Shown here piece by piece: positions 46,701-56,138 of a stretch of DNA of 64,000 nucleotides. The position numbers and the translations under genes were made by a program. The notes under the pieces are model-generated. The model saw only the letters and a program-made list of their open reading frames with translations. It was not told the DNA's origin and searched no databases. Source of the stretch: Rhodobacter sp. (GTDB taxonomy: Bacteria > Pseudomonadota > Alphaproteobacteria > Rhodobacterales > Rhodobacteraceae); NCBI GenBank assembly GCA_013821825.1, contig PNJK01000005.1, positions 17,703-81,702 on the forward strand. Reading direction: 5' to 3'. Position 1 is the stretch's first letter. Every line of letters starts with the position of its first letter.

Positions 46701-47639
46701 ATGAGCCACACTCTTTATCCGCTGCGCAAGCAGCGGCTCCAGCGGTCTGAACTTGCGGTTCCGTCCTCGAATCCGACGATGATCGACAAGGCCGCCGAAG
46801 GGCCCGCCGATTATGTCTTCCTCGATCTGGAAGACGCCGTAGCACCCCCGGAAAAGGAACAGGCGCGGAGGAACTGCATCCAGGCGCTGAATGACATTGA
46901 CTGGGCAGCCAAGGGCAAGACCGTTTCCGTCCGAATCAACGGCCTTGATACCCATTACATGTACCGCGACGTGGTGGACGTGATGGAACAGGCGGGGTCG
47001 CGCGTCCACACCCTGCTGGTGCCGAAAGTCGGCGTCCGCGACGACCTTTACATGGTCGAGGCGATGGTCAACCAGATCGAACAGGCGCGCGGCTTGACTA
47101 CCCGCGTCGGCCTTGAGGCGCTGATCGAAACCGCGCTTGGAATGGCCAATGTCGAAAGCATCGCCCAGTTCGGTGGCCGGCTGGAGGCGCTGCATTTCGG
47201 TGTTGCCGACTACGCCGCCAGCATGCGCGCCCGCACCGTGAACATCGGCGGCCTCAACCCGATGTATCCCGGTGACCAGTGGCATGCCGCCATCTCCCGC
47301 ATGGTCATCGCCTGCCGTGCCTTCGGGCTTCGTGCCATTGACGGCCCGTTCGGCGATTTTTCCGACCCCGAGGGCTACAAGGATGGCGCCCGCCGTGCGG
47401 CCGCTTTGGGATGTGAGGGTAAATGGGCGATCCATCCTTCCCAGGTGGCGCTTGCCAACGAAGTCTTCAGCCCGACCGAGACCGAAGTTACCAAGGCCCG
47501 CCGCATCATCGAGGAACTGAAACTGGCAGAGGCTCAGGGCAAGGGTGCCGCCAGCCTCGACGGCAAGATGATCGATGCAGCATCCGAAAAGATGGCGCGC
47601 AACCTGCTTGCAGTGGCCGACGCCATTGCCGCGCAGTGA
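46701..47639 (+). CDS. mcl: L-malyl-CoA/beta-methylmalyl-CoA lyase (HpcH/CitE-like)
   Basis: 312 aa. Readable segments are RSELAVPSSNPTMIDKAA, DYVFLDLEDAVAP and LEALIETALGMANVESIA. Confidence 0.8.
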   Translation: MSHTLYPLRKQRLQRSELAVPSSNPTMIDKAAEGPADYVFLDLEDAVAPPEKEQARRNCIQALNDIDWAAKGKTVSVRINGLDTHYMYRDVVDVMEQAGSRVHTLLVPKVGVRDDLYMVEAMVNQIEQARGLTTRVGLEALIETALGMANVESIAQFGGRLEALHFGVADYAASMRARTVNIGGLNPMYPGDQWHAAISRMVIACRAFGLRAIDGPFGDFSDPEGYKDGARRAAALGCEGKWAIHPSQVALANEVFSPTETEVTKARRIIEELKLAEAQGKGAASLDGKMIDAASEKMARNLLAVADAIAAQ

Positions 47640-47693
47640 CAGGGTAAGGTGGGCGATATTGCCAATCTTTCATAAGGGTACGGGAGGAACCTA

Positions 47694-48857
47694 ATGGACA
47701 TCCACGAATATCAGGCCAAGGAAATCCTTGCCCGCTTTGGCGTACCTGTCCCGCGGGGCGGGTTGGCCTACAGCCCTGAACAGGCCGGCTACCGCGCCCG
47801 CGAACTTGGCGGCAATGCCTGGGTGGTAAAAGCCCAGATCCACTCCGGCGGCAGGGGGGCGGCGGGTGGCGTCAAGCTCTGCCGCGACGAACACGAGGTC
47901 GCCGCCTTTGCCGCCACGCTTTTCGGCAAGCAGCTGGTGACCAAGCAGACCGATGCCAATGGCAAGGGCGTCTATCGCCTTTGGGTCGAAGCCGCCTCGG
48001 ACATCGCGCGCGAGATGTATCTCGGCTTCGTCCTCGACCGCAAATCCGAACGCATCATGATCGTCGCTTCTGCCCATGGCGGGATGGAGATTGAGGATCT
48101 CGCCGAAGCCGACCCCGACAGTCTCCGCCGCATGACCATCGACCCGGCCGCAGGCCTGTCCGAGTTCCAAGCCCGCGAGCTGGCGTTCCAGCTTGGCCTC
48201 AAAGGCGGCCAGATCGCCCAGATGGTGACGATCCTGAAGGCCTGTTACCGCGCTTACCGTGACCTTGACGCCGTGATGGTGGAGATCAACCCCTTGGTCA
48301 TTACCGGTACCGGGGACCTCGTGGCGCTCGATGCCAAGATGTCCTTTGATACCAACGCCTTGTTCCGTCGCCCTCAAGTTGCCGAACTGCGTGACCGCAG
48401 CCAGGAAGACCCCCGCGAATCCACGGCGGGCGACCATGGCCTTGCCTATGTCGGCCTTGACGGGGACATCGGCTGCATCATCAACGGGGCTGGTCTTGCA
48501 ATGGCCACGATGGACATGATCAAGCTTGCCGGAGGTGAGCCCGCCAACTTCCTCGACATCGGCGGTGGCGCCTCGCCGGAGCGCGTCGTCCGCGCCTTCC
48601 GAACCGTGCTTGCCGACCGCAATGTCAGCGTGATCCTCGTCAACATCTTCGCCGGGATCAACCGCTGCGACTGGGTCGCCGAAGGGGTTGTGAAGGCATA
48701 TCAAGAGGTCGGCCTGACCATCCCCGTCGTCGTTCGCCTTGCCGGGACCAACGTCGAGGAAGGCAAGCGCATCATCGAAACCTCCGGCCTGCCGCTTATC
48801 TCTGCCGACACCCTCGCCGAGGCCGCTGCGAAAGCGGTCGCCGCCAAAGCCGCCTGA
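47694..48857 (+). CDS. mtkA: malate-CoA ligase (malate thiokinase) subunit beta, succinyl-CoA synthetase beta-like
   Basis: 387 aa. The ATP-grasp N-terminus is [20 protein letters not shown], and [11 protein letters not shown] is present. The call as malate-specific rests on context with sga and mcl, not on sequence. Confidence 0.75.
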   Translation: MDIHEYQAKEILARFGVPVPRGGLAYSPEQAGYRARELGGNAWVVKAQIHSGGRGAAGGVKLCRDEHEVAAFAATLFGKQLVTKQTDANGKGVYRLWVEAASDIAREMYLGFVLDRKSERIMIVASAHGGMEIEDLAEADPDSLRRMTIDPAAGLSEFQARELAFQLGLKGGQIAQMVTILKACYRAYRDLDAVMVEINPLVITGTGDLVALDAKMSFDTNALFRRPQVAELRDRSQEDPRESTAGDHGLAYVGLDGDIGCIINGAGLAMATMDMIKLAGGEPANFLDIGGGASPERVVRAFRTVLADRNVSVILVNIFAGINRCDWVAEGVVKAYQEVGLTIPVVVRLAGTNVEEGKRIIETSGLPLISADTLAEAAAKAVAAKAA

Positions 48858-48870
48858 AGGAGTCCCCCCC

Positions 48871-49767
48871 ATGGCTATTCTGATCACCGAACAGACCCGC
48901 GTCATCGTCCAGGGCATGTCAGGCCGGATCGGCGCCTTCCACGCCGCCGACATGATCAAGTACGGCACAAATGTTGTGGGCGGCGTCACCCCCGGCAGGG
49001 GCGGAGAGTCCTACCTCGATCGCCCGCTTTTCAACACCGTCCGCGAGGCGGTGGAGGCCACTGGCGCCGAAGCCAGCCTGGTCTTCGTCCCGCCCCCTTT
49101 CGCCGCCGACGCGATCATGGAAGCGGCCGACGCGGGCATCCGCACCGCGGTCTGCGTGACCGACGGCATCCCAAGCCAGGACATGATGAAGGTCAAGCGC
49201 TTCCTGAAACGCTACCCCGAGGAGCGGAAGATGCGCCTCGTCGGTCCGAACTGCGCCGGGATCATCAGCCCCGGCAAAGGCTTCATGGGCATCATGCCTC
49301 CGCATATCTACATGCCCGGCCGCGTCGGCATCGTCGGTCGCTCCGGCACCCTGGGCTATGAGGCGGCATCGCAGATGATGGCGCTCGGAATTGGAGTATC
49401 CACCTCGGTCGGCATCGGCGGTGATCCCATTAATGGCAGCAGCTTCAAGGACATACTGGCGCTTTTTGAAGCGGACCCGGAAACCGACGCCGTGATGATG
49501 ATCGGCGAGATTGGCGGCCCGCAAGAAGCCGAAGCCGCCGCTTTCGCCCGGGATCACATGACCAAGCCGGTAGTCGCCTACATCGCCGGCCTCTCCGCTC
49601 CGAAGGGCCGCAAGATGGGCCATGCGGGTGCGATCATCTCGGCTTTCGGCGAAAGCGCGCAGGAAAAGGTGGAGATTCTGGAAGCGGCCGGGATCACCGT
49701 CGCCCCGAACCCGTCGGCCATGGGCGAGACGATGGCCCGCGTCCTGACCATGCGTCAGGCCGCCTGA
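48871..49767 (+). CDS. mtkB: malate-CoA ligase subunit alpha, succinyl-CoA synthetase alpha-like
   Basis: ATG 48871 follows GAAGGAG. The product is 298 aa. The CoA-binding N-terminus is [13 protein letters not shown] and the phosphohistidine loop is [10 protein letters not shown]. Confidence 0.75.
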   Translation: MAILITEQTRVIVQGMSGRIGAFHAADMIKYGTNVVGGVTPGRGGESYLDRPLFNTVREAVEATGAEASLVFVPPPFAADAIMEAADAGIRTAVCVTDGIPSQDMMKVKRFLKRYPEERKMRLVGPNCAGIISPGKGFMGIMPPHIYMPGRVGIVGRSGTLGYEAASQMMALGIGVSTSVGIGGDPINGSSFKDILALFEADPETDAVMMIGEIGGPQEAEAAAFARDHMTKPVVAYIAGLSAPKGRKMGHAGAIISAFGESAQEKVEILEAAGITVAPNPSAMGETMARVLTMRQAA

Positions 49768-50597
49768 ACCGCACGGGCCAGCGCGCAAAACTGCTCCAGC
49801 CCGATCTCCTCGGCCCTTGCGGTCGGGGGGATTCCCACGCTTTCCAGCAAGCCCTGGATCTCTGGCGCCATGGCCTTCAGACTTGACCGCAGCATCTTGC
49901 GGCGCTGGTTGAAGGCCATCGCAGTTACACGCTGCAACACCCGGAAATCGCAGGGGAAACGCGGGGCGGGCAGGGCGGTAAGCTGCACCACTGCCGAATG
50001 CACCTTGGGGGCAGGGGTAAAGGCCTCGGGCGGCAGCGTCATCACGATCTTCGCATCACAGCGCCACTGCGCCAGCAGCGCCAACCTCCCGTAATGGTCG
50101 CCGCGCGGCTTTGCCACGATCCGCTCTGCCACCTCCTTTTGGAACATCAGCGTCAGCGATTGCCAGAAGGGTGGCCAGACGCCGGGCGTCAGCCAGCGCA
50201 CCAGAAGCTCTGTCCCCACATTGTAGGGCAGGTTTGCCACCACCTTGATCGGTGGCGTCAGATGCGCCAGCACATCGACCTCGAGCGCATCGCCAGGGAT
50301 CACCTGCAGCCGCCCCGGATAGCTCGCCGCGATCTCTTCCAAAGCAGGCAAGCAACGCGTGTCCTTCTCGACCGCCAACACCCGCCGAGCGCCTTCGGCC
50401 AGAAGCCCGCGGGTCAGGCCGCCGGGGCCGGGACCCACCTCCAGCACATCGCAGCCCGAAAGGTCCCCGGCAGATCGTGCGATCTTCGCTGTAAGGTTCA
50501 GATCCAGAAGAAAATTCTGCCCCAGCTGCCGCTTGGCTACCAGATCATGCACCCGGATCACCTCACGCAAGGGGGGGAGCCCGTCAATCGTTCCCAA
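49755..50597 (-). CDS. rsmA: 16S rRNA (adenine1518/1519-N6)-dimethyltransferase RsmA/KsgA
   Basis: 280 aa. GQNFLLD and the SAM motif [12 protein letters not shown] are present. The TTG start at 50597 lies 5 nt after GGAGGG. The 3' end overlaps the mtkB 3' end by 13 nt (convergent). Confidence 0.9.
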   Translation of the reverse strand: MGTIDGLPPLREVIRVHDLVAKRQLGQNFLLDLNLTAKIARSAGDLSGCDVLEVGPGPGGLTRGLLAEGARRVLAVEKDTRCLPALEEIAASYPGRLQVIPGDALEVDVLAHLTPPIKVVANLPYNVGTELLVRWLTPGVWPPFWQSLTLMFQKEVAERIVAKPRGDHYGRLALLAQWRCDAKIVMTLPPEAFTPAPKVHSAVVQLTALPAPRFPCDFRVLQRVTAMAFNQRRKMLRSSLKAMAPEIQGLLESVGIPPTARAEEIGLEQFCALARAVQAA

Positions 50598-50644
50598 TTC
50601 TGCCCTCCAAGGCTTCCTCTCTGCGAAAATATCCCGCGGGGGGT

Positions 50645-50667
50645 CCGGGGGGCGCGAAGCCCCCCGG
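50645..50667. repeat. perfect 9-bp GC hairpin between pdxA and rsmA
   Basis: CCGGGGGGC-GCGAA-GCCCCCCGG. No adjacent U-tract, so it could be an intra-operon stabiliser, attenuator or REP-like element. Confidence 0.4.
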
Positions 50668-50675
50668 TTCCACCC

Positions 50676-51623
50676 TCACCGCCGCGCCGCCATCTCCCGT
50701 GCCAGCCGCAAGGCCGCAATAAGGCTCGTCGGGTCCGCAACCCCATGCCCCGCGATGTCATAGGCCGTGCCATGGTCGGGCGAGGTGCGCACGAACGGAA
50801 GTCCCAGCGTCACGTTCACCCCCCCGGCAAAGTCGATCGTCTTGATCGGGATCAGCGCCTGATCGTGATACATGCAGATCGCCGCGTCGTAACCGGCCCG
50901 CGCTGCGGCATGAAACATCGTGTCCGCCGACAGTGGCCCCCGGATCGTCAACCCTTCGGCCGCGAGTCGCGCCACCACCGGCCGGATCATCCGCTCGTCT
51001 TCCCAGCCCATCGCGCCGCCCTCGCCCGCATGCGGGTTGAGGCCCGCCACCGCCAGCCTCGGGAGTGCAATCCCGAAGTCGCGGATCAGCGCTTCAATCG
51101 TGATGCGGATGGTCTCTTCCAGAAGCTGCGCTGTGAGCGTGCCCGGCACTTCGCACAAGGGCATGTGAATCGTCACTGGCACCACCCGCAGCTCCGGGCA
51201 GACGAGCATCATCACCACACGGGGCACCCCCGCCAGATGCGCCAGAAATTCCGTATGCCCTGGAAAGGCGAACCCGGCGCCGTCCTTCAGCGCCTTCTTG
51301 TGGATCGGCGCGGTGCAGATGGCCGAGGCCTTGCCCGCCTGCACCAATCGCACCGCCCGTTCGATTGCTGCGATGACTCCTGCCGCATTGGCCGGGTCCG
51401 GTTGGCCGTGCAGGGCCGGGGCTGGGAAGTCGTGGCAGAGGACAGGCAGGAGGCCTTCTGCAGGCGCATCATCTTCGGTCACCTCGCGCCAGGGCGTCCC
51501 TTCCGGCAGATGCCGGGGATCGCCGAGCCAGAGGAACCGCTCCCCCGCTGCCCAGGCCTTCGCTGCGATCTCTGGTCCGATGCCGGACGGATCGCCGCAG
51601 GTCAGGATTACCGGCCGGGTCAC
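50676..51623 (-). CDS. pdxA: 4-hydroxythreonine-4-phosphate dehydrogenase
   Basis: 315 aa. Readable segments are ILTCGDPSGIGPEI, FPGHTEFLA, GLNPHAGEGG and RTSPDHGTAYDIAG. The ATG overlaps the surA stop (ATGA). Confidence 0.9.
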   Translation of the reverse strand: MTRPVILTCGDPSGIGPEIAAKAWAAGERFLWLGDPRHLPEGTPWREVTEDDAPAEGLLPVLCHDFPAPALHGQPDPANAAGVIAAIERAVRLVQAGKASAICTAPIHKKALKDGAGFAFPGHTEFLAHLAGVPRVVMMLVCPELRVVPVTIHMPLCEVPGTLTAQLLEETIRITIEALIRDFGIALPRLAVAGLNPHAGEGGAMGWEDERMIRPVVARLAAEGLTIRGPLSADTMFHAAARAGYDAAICMYHDQALIPIKTIDFAGGVNVTLGLPFVRTSPDHGTAYDIAGHGVADPTSLIAALRLAREMAARR

Positions 51624-52837
51624 GGCTCGCGGATGATGGCGGCGGACCGCAGCTCTTCCAGATAGCCCTCGGCCATGCCTTCCAGCTTCTGGTTGATGAC
51701 GCTCTCGCGCACCGCGTCACGGCTGATCGGCTCATCCAGGGTCTCTTCGCGCCCGCAGAGCATCAGGAACCGCCGGAACCCGCCCCGCGTCAGCGCGACC
51801 GAGTTCTCGCCGGGGTCAAGCCTTGCCAGTTCCAGACCCACATCGCCCGGCACGTCGCCCGCGGGTTGGGTCGTTAACGTCAGACGGTCTTCCGGAAGGC
51901 CGTTGGCCTGGCCATAAAGATCCATGCAGCTGTCCACCTCGGCGCGCAGCCGCGCGATCTCGGTGGCGTCGTCGGGCACCAGGAATTCCGCCCATTCCAC
52001 CGTCACGGCAATGGGTTCGGCAGCTTTGTCCTCGGCCACGTCGCGCAGCTGGAACAGGACGACCGCTCCCGGCACGACCACCGGATCAGACACTTCGCCC
52101 GGACCCAGCGCCAGCACCGCCGCCCCGATTGCCTCCGGCAGATTCGCCAGTGGCACCCAGTCCAGCCGACCACCGCTTCCCGCTGTCGGAGCCGCCGAAT
52201 ACTGCCGCGCCGCTGCGGCAAAGCTGCCTTCGCCGGTGATCTCGTTCGACAGCCGGTTGGCCAGCGCCAGCGCTGCCTCTCCCTCGCCTTCAGGAGATGA
52301 GATCACCAGTTCCGAAACCAGTACCTGCAAGGCCCGCGGCCGTGCCGAGGCTTCCAGCGCCCGGTCGATATCGTTTTCGCTGACAGGCACTTGGCCGACA
52401 AAGCGCGCCCGAACCGCCTTGCGCCAGAGCAGGCCCGAGGCCACGAAGTCGCGGAACGTCTCGGCCGAGATATCGACCTTTGTCAGCTCGGCGATCAGTC
52501 CCTCGGCCGTCAGGTTGGCGCGTGAGGCGAACTCTTCCATCCCCTGCTGCACTTCCTCGTCCGTCAGCGTCAGGTCCAGACGATCGGCCTCGGTCTGCCG
52601 CAAGCGGTCTTCGATCAGCGCTTTCAGCGCCTCATCCTCTGGGTTGCCCGGGGCCCGCAGAACCTGCAGGAACTTGGCCCGCTGCTCGACCTCATAGCCG
52701 GTGATCACCCGGTCATTCACATAGATCCGCGGCGCGAAAAGGTCCTGCGCCATACCAGGCCCGATTTGCGACATCGTGACCATTGCCACGCTGCATGCCA
52801 ACGCCGCCGCCTGCCGTTTCATAAAGGAAAATGCCAT
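51620..52837 (-). CDS. surA: SurA-like periplasmic chaperone / peptidyl-prolyl isomerase family protein
   Basis: The signal peptide is MKRQAAALACSVAMVTMSQIGPGMAQ. A SurA N-terminal type domain follows (YVNDRVITGYEVEQR...). The start could be 52837, 52822 or 52912. It lies in the conserved lptD-surA-pdxA-rsmA position. Confidence 0.75.
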   Translation of the reverse strand: MAFSFMKRQAAALACSVAMVTMSQIGPGMAQDLFAPRIYVNDRVITGYEVEQRAKFLQVLRAPGNPEDEALKALIEDRLRQTEADRLDLTLTDEEVQQGMEEFASRANLTAEGLIAELTKVDISAETFRDFVASGLLWRKAVRARFVGQVPVSENDIDRALEASARPRALQVLVSELVISSPEGEGEAALALANRLSNEITGEGSFAAAARQYSAAPTAGSGGRLDWVPLANLPEAIGAAVLALGPGEVSDPVVVPGAVVLFQLRDVAEDKAAEPIAVTVEWAEFLVPDDATEIARLRAEVDSCMDLYGQANGLPEDRLTLTTQPAGDVPGDVGLELARLDPGENSVALTRGGFRRFLMLCGREETLDEPISRDAVRESVINQKLEGMAEGYLEELRSAAIIREP

Positions 52838-52899
52838 CGCCTCAGCCGCTCTTTCCTGCTTCCCGCGGGTCTTTGCCCGCCGCTTCCGCCGCCAACCGG

Positions 52900-55041
52900 T
52901 CATTGCCGGCATGTCCGTGCCGGCCCCCCGGTCACACCACTGCCAAACCCGATCAGATCGAGCGACAAAGAGAAATCCGTCGTCGGCGTCACACTAGTCG
53001 AGGACGTGAACCGACGCGAGAGGGAAACATCAAACCGCACGCATTCGTTCAGGAACTCCAGACCCAGACCGGCAACGGTGCCCCGGTCCGCGACAAAATC
53101 GTAGCGGCCCGACAGCTTGCCGGCCCAGTTGCCGCCGAACTTTCGCCGCGCGTCGAAGGTCACCTCTTGCGTCGGGTCGGGTCGGTCTTCCAGCGGATCT
53201 TCCACCGCCCAGATCAGGCTGGTCGCCAGCGCGGTCTTCGGCAGGTTCAGCGTCATCCGCGCCTCGCCCTTGGTCAGATCCAGATCGTCGTCCAGCACCG
53301 CCCGCGCGGTCAGGGCGATGCCGTTCGCCAGATCGAAGTTCACCGCCGCCAGCCAATCCGAGCGTGCACCATCCAGGCCCGACCCGGGGCCGAACTGGCC
53401 CAGATCGGCCTCGCGGTAGACACGGCCCAGCGTCACGCCCATGCTCCAGCCCTGTGGGTCAAGCCGGGTCCAGGTCACGCCCAGATTGGCGCGCGGCCCG
53501 CGTTCCACCGCATCCGACCCCGGAAACCGGTCGAGGGCGAACAGGCTGCCTTCGTCGAATTCGACCAGCACCGAATCTTCGTTCGGCAGGCTTTCGGCGT
53601 TCGACGACGCCCAGATCAACTGCACCACCGGTTCGATCACATGGGTAGCCCCGCCACGTCCAGCCTTGACCCAGGGCCAGCGCAGTTCGACGCCCGCGTT
53701 GCCGTGGGTGCGGCTGGTGCTGCCGGCAAAGGTCGCATCCTGCGCGATGGTGTAGGCATCGGCGGTCACCTCACCCAGCACGGTGCCTTCGATTCCCATC
53801 GGCAGCATGAAACTGCGCCGCCAGTCGATCCGCGCCGAAACCCGCCCGAGGTCACGGCCATCGGCGATGGTATCGCTGTCGGTCCCGTCCAGTGGACTGG
53901 TCGAGCTGCGATAATGGTTGTGGGTCTGCAACCTCAGGCCGCCTTCACCGCCCAGCGGCCCCAGGGAAAAGCGGCGATGAAAGACCAGGTCTGCGACGAG
54001 CGAGGGAATCGTCGTGTTGTCCTCGCTGTCGCGCAGGGTCTGGAAACTGATGATCCGGGCCGAGATATGTTCGTTGCGCCGGATCCGGCTGGCCTCGATC
54101 CGGCTGTCCAGCCGGTCGATGTCGGCGATGCCGTAATCCAAGAGATAGGCGTCGTCGGTCACGGTCTGGCCCTTGATCGACAGGCCAAAGTCCAGGGGCA
54201 GGGCAAAGGCACCGTCAACGAACAGAAATCCGCGCGTCATACCGGGGATGAGGTCGTCCCGCGTGACCGCGCCGTTCACCTCAAGCGTGCCGGTGGCAAA
54301 GGCCTGGCGATACCGCAGTTCAACCGACCGGCTGTCGCGCAGCGTCACATAAGGCGTCAGCGTCAGGTCGGACGATGATCCCAAGACGATGAAATACGGC
54401 AGCTTGAGGCCGGCCCCGAGGTCCGAGGTAGTGCGCAGCGACGGCATCAGAAAGCCGGTAGCACGGTTCAGCGTCGGGTCCGGCATCCGCAGGCGCGGGA
54501 TATAGAAGACCGGCACGCCCCCCAACCGGAACTGCGCGTTGTCGAGATAGAGCTGCCGCTCCACCTCGTCATGGACCACGCGACTGGCGCGGATTTCCCA
54601 CAACGGCGTCGGGTCGCCCTTGCAGACCTTGCAGGAGGATACGGCTACCGTCTCAAGTGTCGTGCGGCGTCCGGCTTCGCGGGTGATCCGGTTGGCGGCA
54701 AGTTGCAGCTGGCGGTTCAGCACCAGACGGGCACTGGTCAGGATGCCTTCGCTCAGGTCCGCGGCCAGATCGGCCTGCGAGGCAAGGATCAGGATATTGC
54801 CGGTTTCATCTTCCAGCATGATCGGTCCGGTGATCTCCAGCCGGTCGGTCGCTCGATCATAGACGATGCGCTGCGCCTTCAGTCGACGGCCCTTGAACAA
54901 CACCTCGACATTGCCCGCCGCGATCAGCCGGGTATCGCCGGTGATCTCAAGGCTGTCGGAAATCAGCGTCGCCTGAACCTGCGCCAGCGCGGGAAACGCC
55001 AGCGTCAGAAGCAGGGTCATCAGGGCCAGAAGACGCGACAT
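52900..55041 (-). CDS. lptD: LPS-assembly outer membrane protein LptD
   Basis: ATG 55041 gives MSRLLALMTLLLTLAFPALAQ, a signal peptide. An OstA-like N-domain follows, then a long beta-barrel region with alternating aromatic/glycine strands. The product is 713 aa. Confidence 0.85.
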   Translation of the reverse strand: MSRLLALMTLLLTLAFPALAQVQATLISDSLEITGDTRLIAAGNVEVLFKGRRLKAQRIVYDRATDRLEITGPIMLEDETGNILILASQADLAADLSEGILTSARLVLNRQLQLAANRITREAGRRTTLETVAVSSCKVCKGDPTPLWEIRASRVVHDEVERQLYLDNAQFRLGGVPVFYIPRLRMPDPTLNRATGFLMPSLRTTSDLGAGLKLPYFIVLGSSSDLTLTPYVTLRDSRSVELRYRQAFATGTLEVNGAVTRDDLIPGMTRGFLFVDGAFALPLDFGLSIKGQTVTDDAYLLDYGIADIDRLDSRIEASRIRRNEHISARIISFQTLRDSEDNTTIPSLVADLVFHRRFSLGPLGGEGGLRLQTHNHYRSSTSPLDGTDSDTIADGRDLGRVSARIDWRRSFMLPMGIEGTVLGEVTADAYTIAQDATFAGSTSRTHGNAGVELRWPWVKAGRGGATHVIEPVVQLIWASSNAESLPNEDSVLVEFDEGSLFALDRFPGSDAVERGPRANLGVTWTRLDPQGWSMGVTLGRVYREADLGQFGPGSGLDGARSDWLAAVNFDLANGIALTARAVLDDDLDLTKGEARMTLNLPKTALATSLIWAVEDPLEDRPDPTQEVTFDARRKFGGNWAGKLSGRYDFVADRGTVAGLGLEFLNECVRFDVSLSRRFTSSTSVTPTTDFSLSLDLIGFGSGVTGGPARTCRQ

Positions 55042-56138
55042 CAGCCGTCCTCCAGATGCAAGAGCAGGCCCAGCGACATCATCACCGCCGCGACCGGGGG
55101 GCTCCATGCGGCAAGCATAACGGGGATCTGCCCGGAATTGCCAAGTGCCTGCGCGAAGTTGCGCAGAAAGTAGATGCCGAACCCGGCCAGCAGCGCGTAA
55201 AGCACCATGCGGCCAGTGCCGCCAAAGCGGACATGCCGCATGGTAAATCCTGCCGCCACCAGCACCATCGCCGCCATCAAGAGGGGCTGCGCAAGTTCCA
55301 TCTGAAACCACAACCGGTAGGCCCGGGCCGAGAAGCCAGCCCGCTCCAGATCGTCGATATAGCCCGGCAGGTCCCAGAAGGCGATGGCGCTTGGGGTGCC
55401 AAAGCTGTCGCGGATGCTCTCCGCGGTCAGGTCCGAGGGCAGGGTGATCGGCCCGGCGGCGAGGATGGCCGAAAGCTCGGGGTTGGGGCTTTTCAGGTCC
55501 CAGGTCTTGGTGCCGGTCAGTTCCCAGGCACTGCTTGCCAGCTTGGCGTGCTCGGCTTCGATCCGGGTGGCGGGCAGGCCGTTCTCGTCAAACCCAAGGA
55601 AGGTGGCGTCGAACAGCTCGGTTCCGTCCACATTGGACCGCGCGGCCTGGATGACTGTCTGCCCCCCATCCGACCCCTGCCGCAGCCAAAGCCCGGTATC
55701 GGCGACCGACAGCACCGACCCGCCGCCCTTCGACAGGGCAGACCGCTGCGCGTCATAGGCTTTCGACGTCGCCGCCACCAACGGGTTGAACAGCGCGATC
55801 GTCAGCAGGCCAAGGGCGACGGCCACCAGCAAGGGCGTCATCAGGAACCGCAGCCCCGACCGCCCAGCCGCCCGCACGACAACCAGTTCGGATGACCGCG
55901 CAAGGCCCAGGAAATTGGCGATCGCGCCCATGATCAGGATCAGCGGCAAGATGCGATACAACGTCTCGGGCACACTCATCAGCGACAATTGCGCCGCACG
56001 GGCCAGACCGACGTCGGCGTCCGAGAAGCGGCGCAACTGCTCGATCACGTCGATCAGCATGAGGATGGCGAAAAAGATCAGGAAGACCCGCACCACCGTC
56101 CACAGAAACCGCCGCGCGATGTAAAGGTTCAGGGTCAT
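55041..56138 (-). CDS. lptG: LPS export ABC transporter permease LptG
   Basis: ATG 56138 gives MTLNLYIARRFLWTVVRVFLIFFAILMLIDVIEQL. The product is 365 aa with the YjgP/YjgQ topology. It overlaps the lptF stop (ATGA), and its own stop overlaps the lptD start by 1 nt. Confidence 0.85.
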   Translation of the reverse strand: MTLNLYIARRFLWTVVRVFLIFFAILMLIDVIEQLRRFSDADVGLARAAQLSLMSVPETLYRILPLILIMGAIANFLGLARSSELVVVRAAGRSGLRFLMTPLLVAVALGLLTIALFNPLVAATSKAYDAQRSALSKGGGSVLSVADTGLWLRQGSDGGQTVIQAARSNVDGTELFDATFLGFDENGLPATRIEAEHAKLASSAWELTGTKTWDLKSPNPELSAILAAGPITLPSDLTAESIRDSFGTPSAIAFWDLPGYIDDLERAGFSARAYRLWFQMELAQPLLMAAMVLVAAGFTMRHVRFGGTGRMVLYALLAGFGIYFLRNFAQALGNSGQIPVMLAAWSPPVAAVMMSLGLLLHLEDG

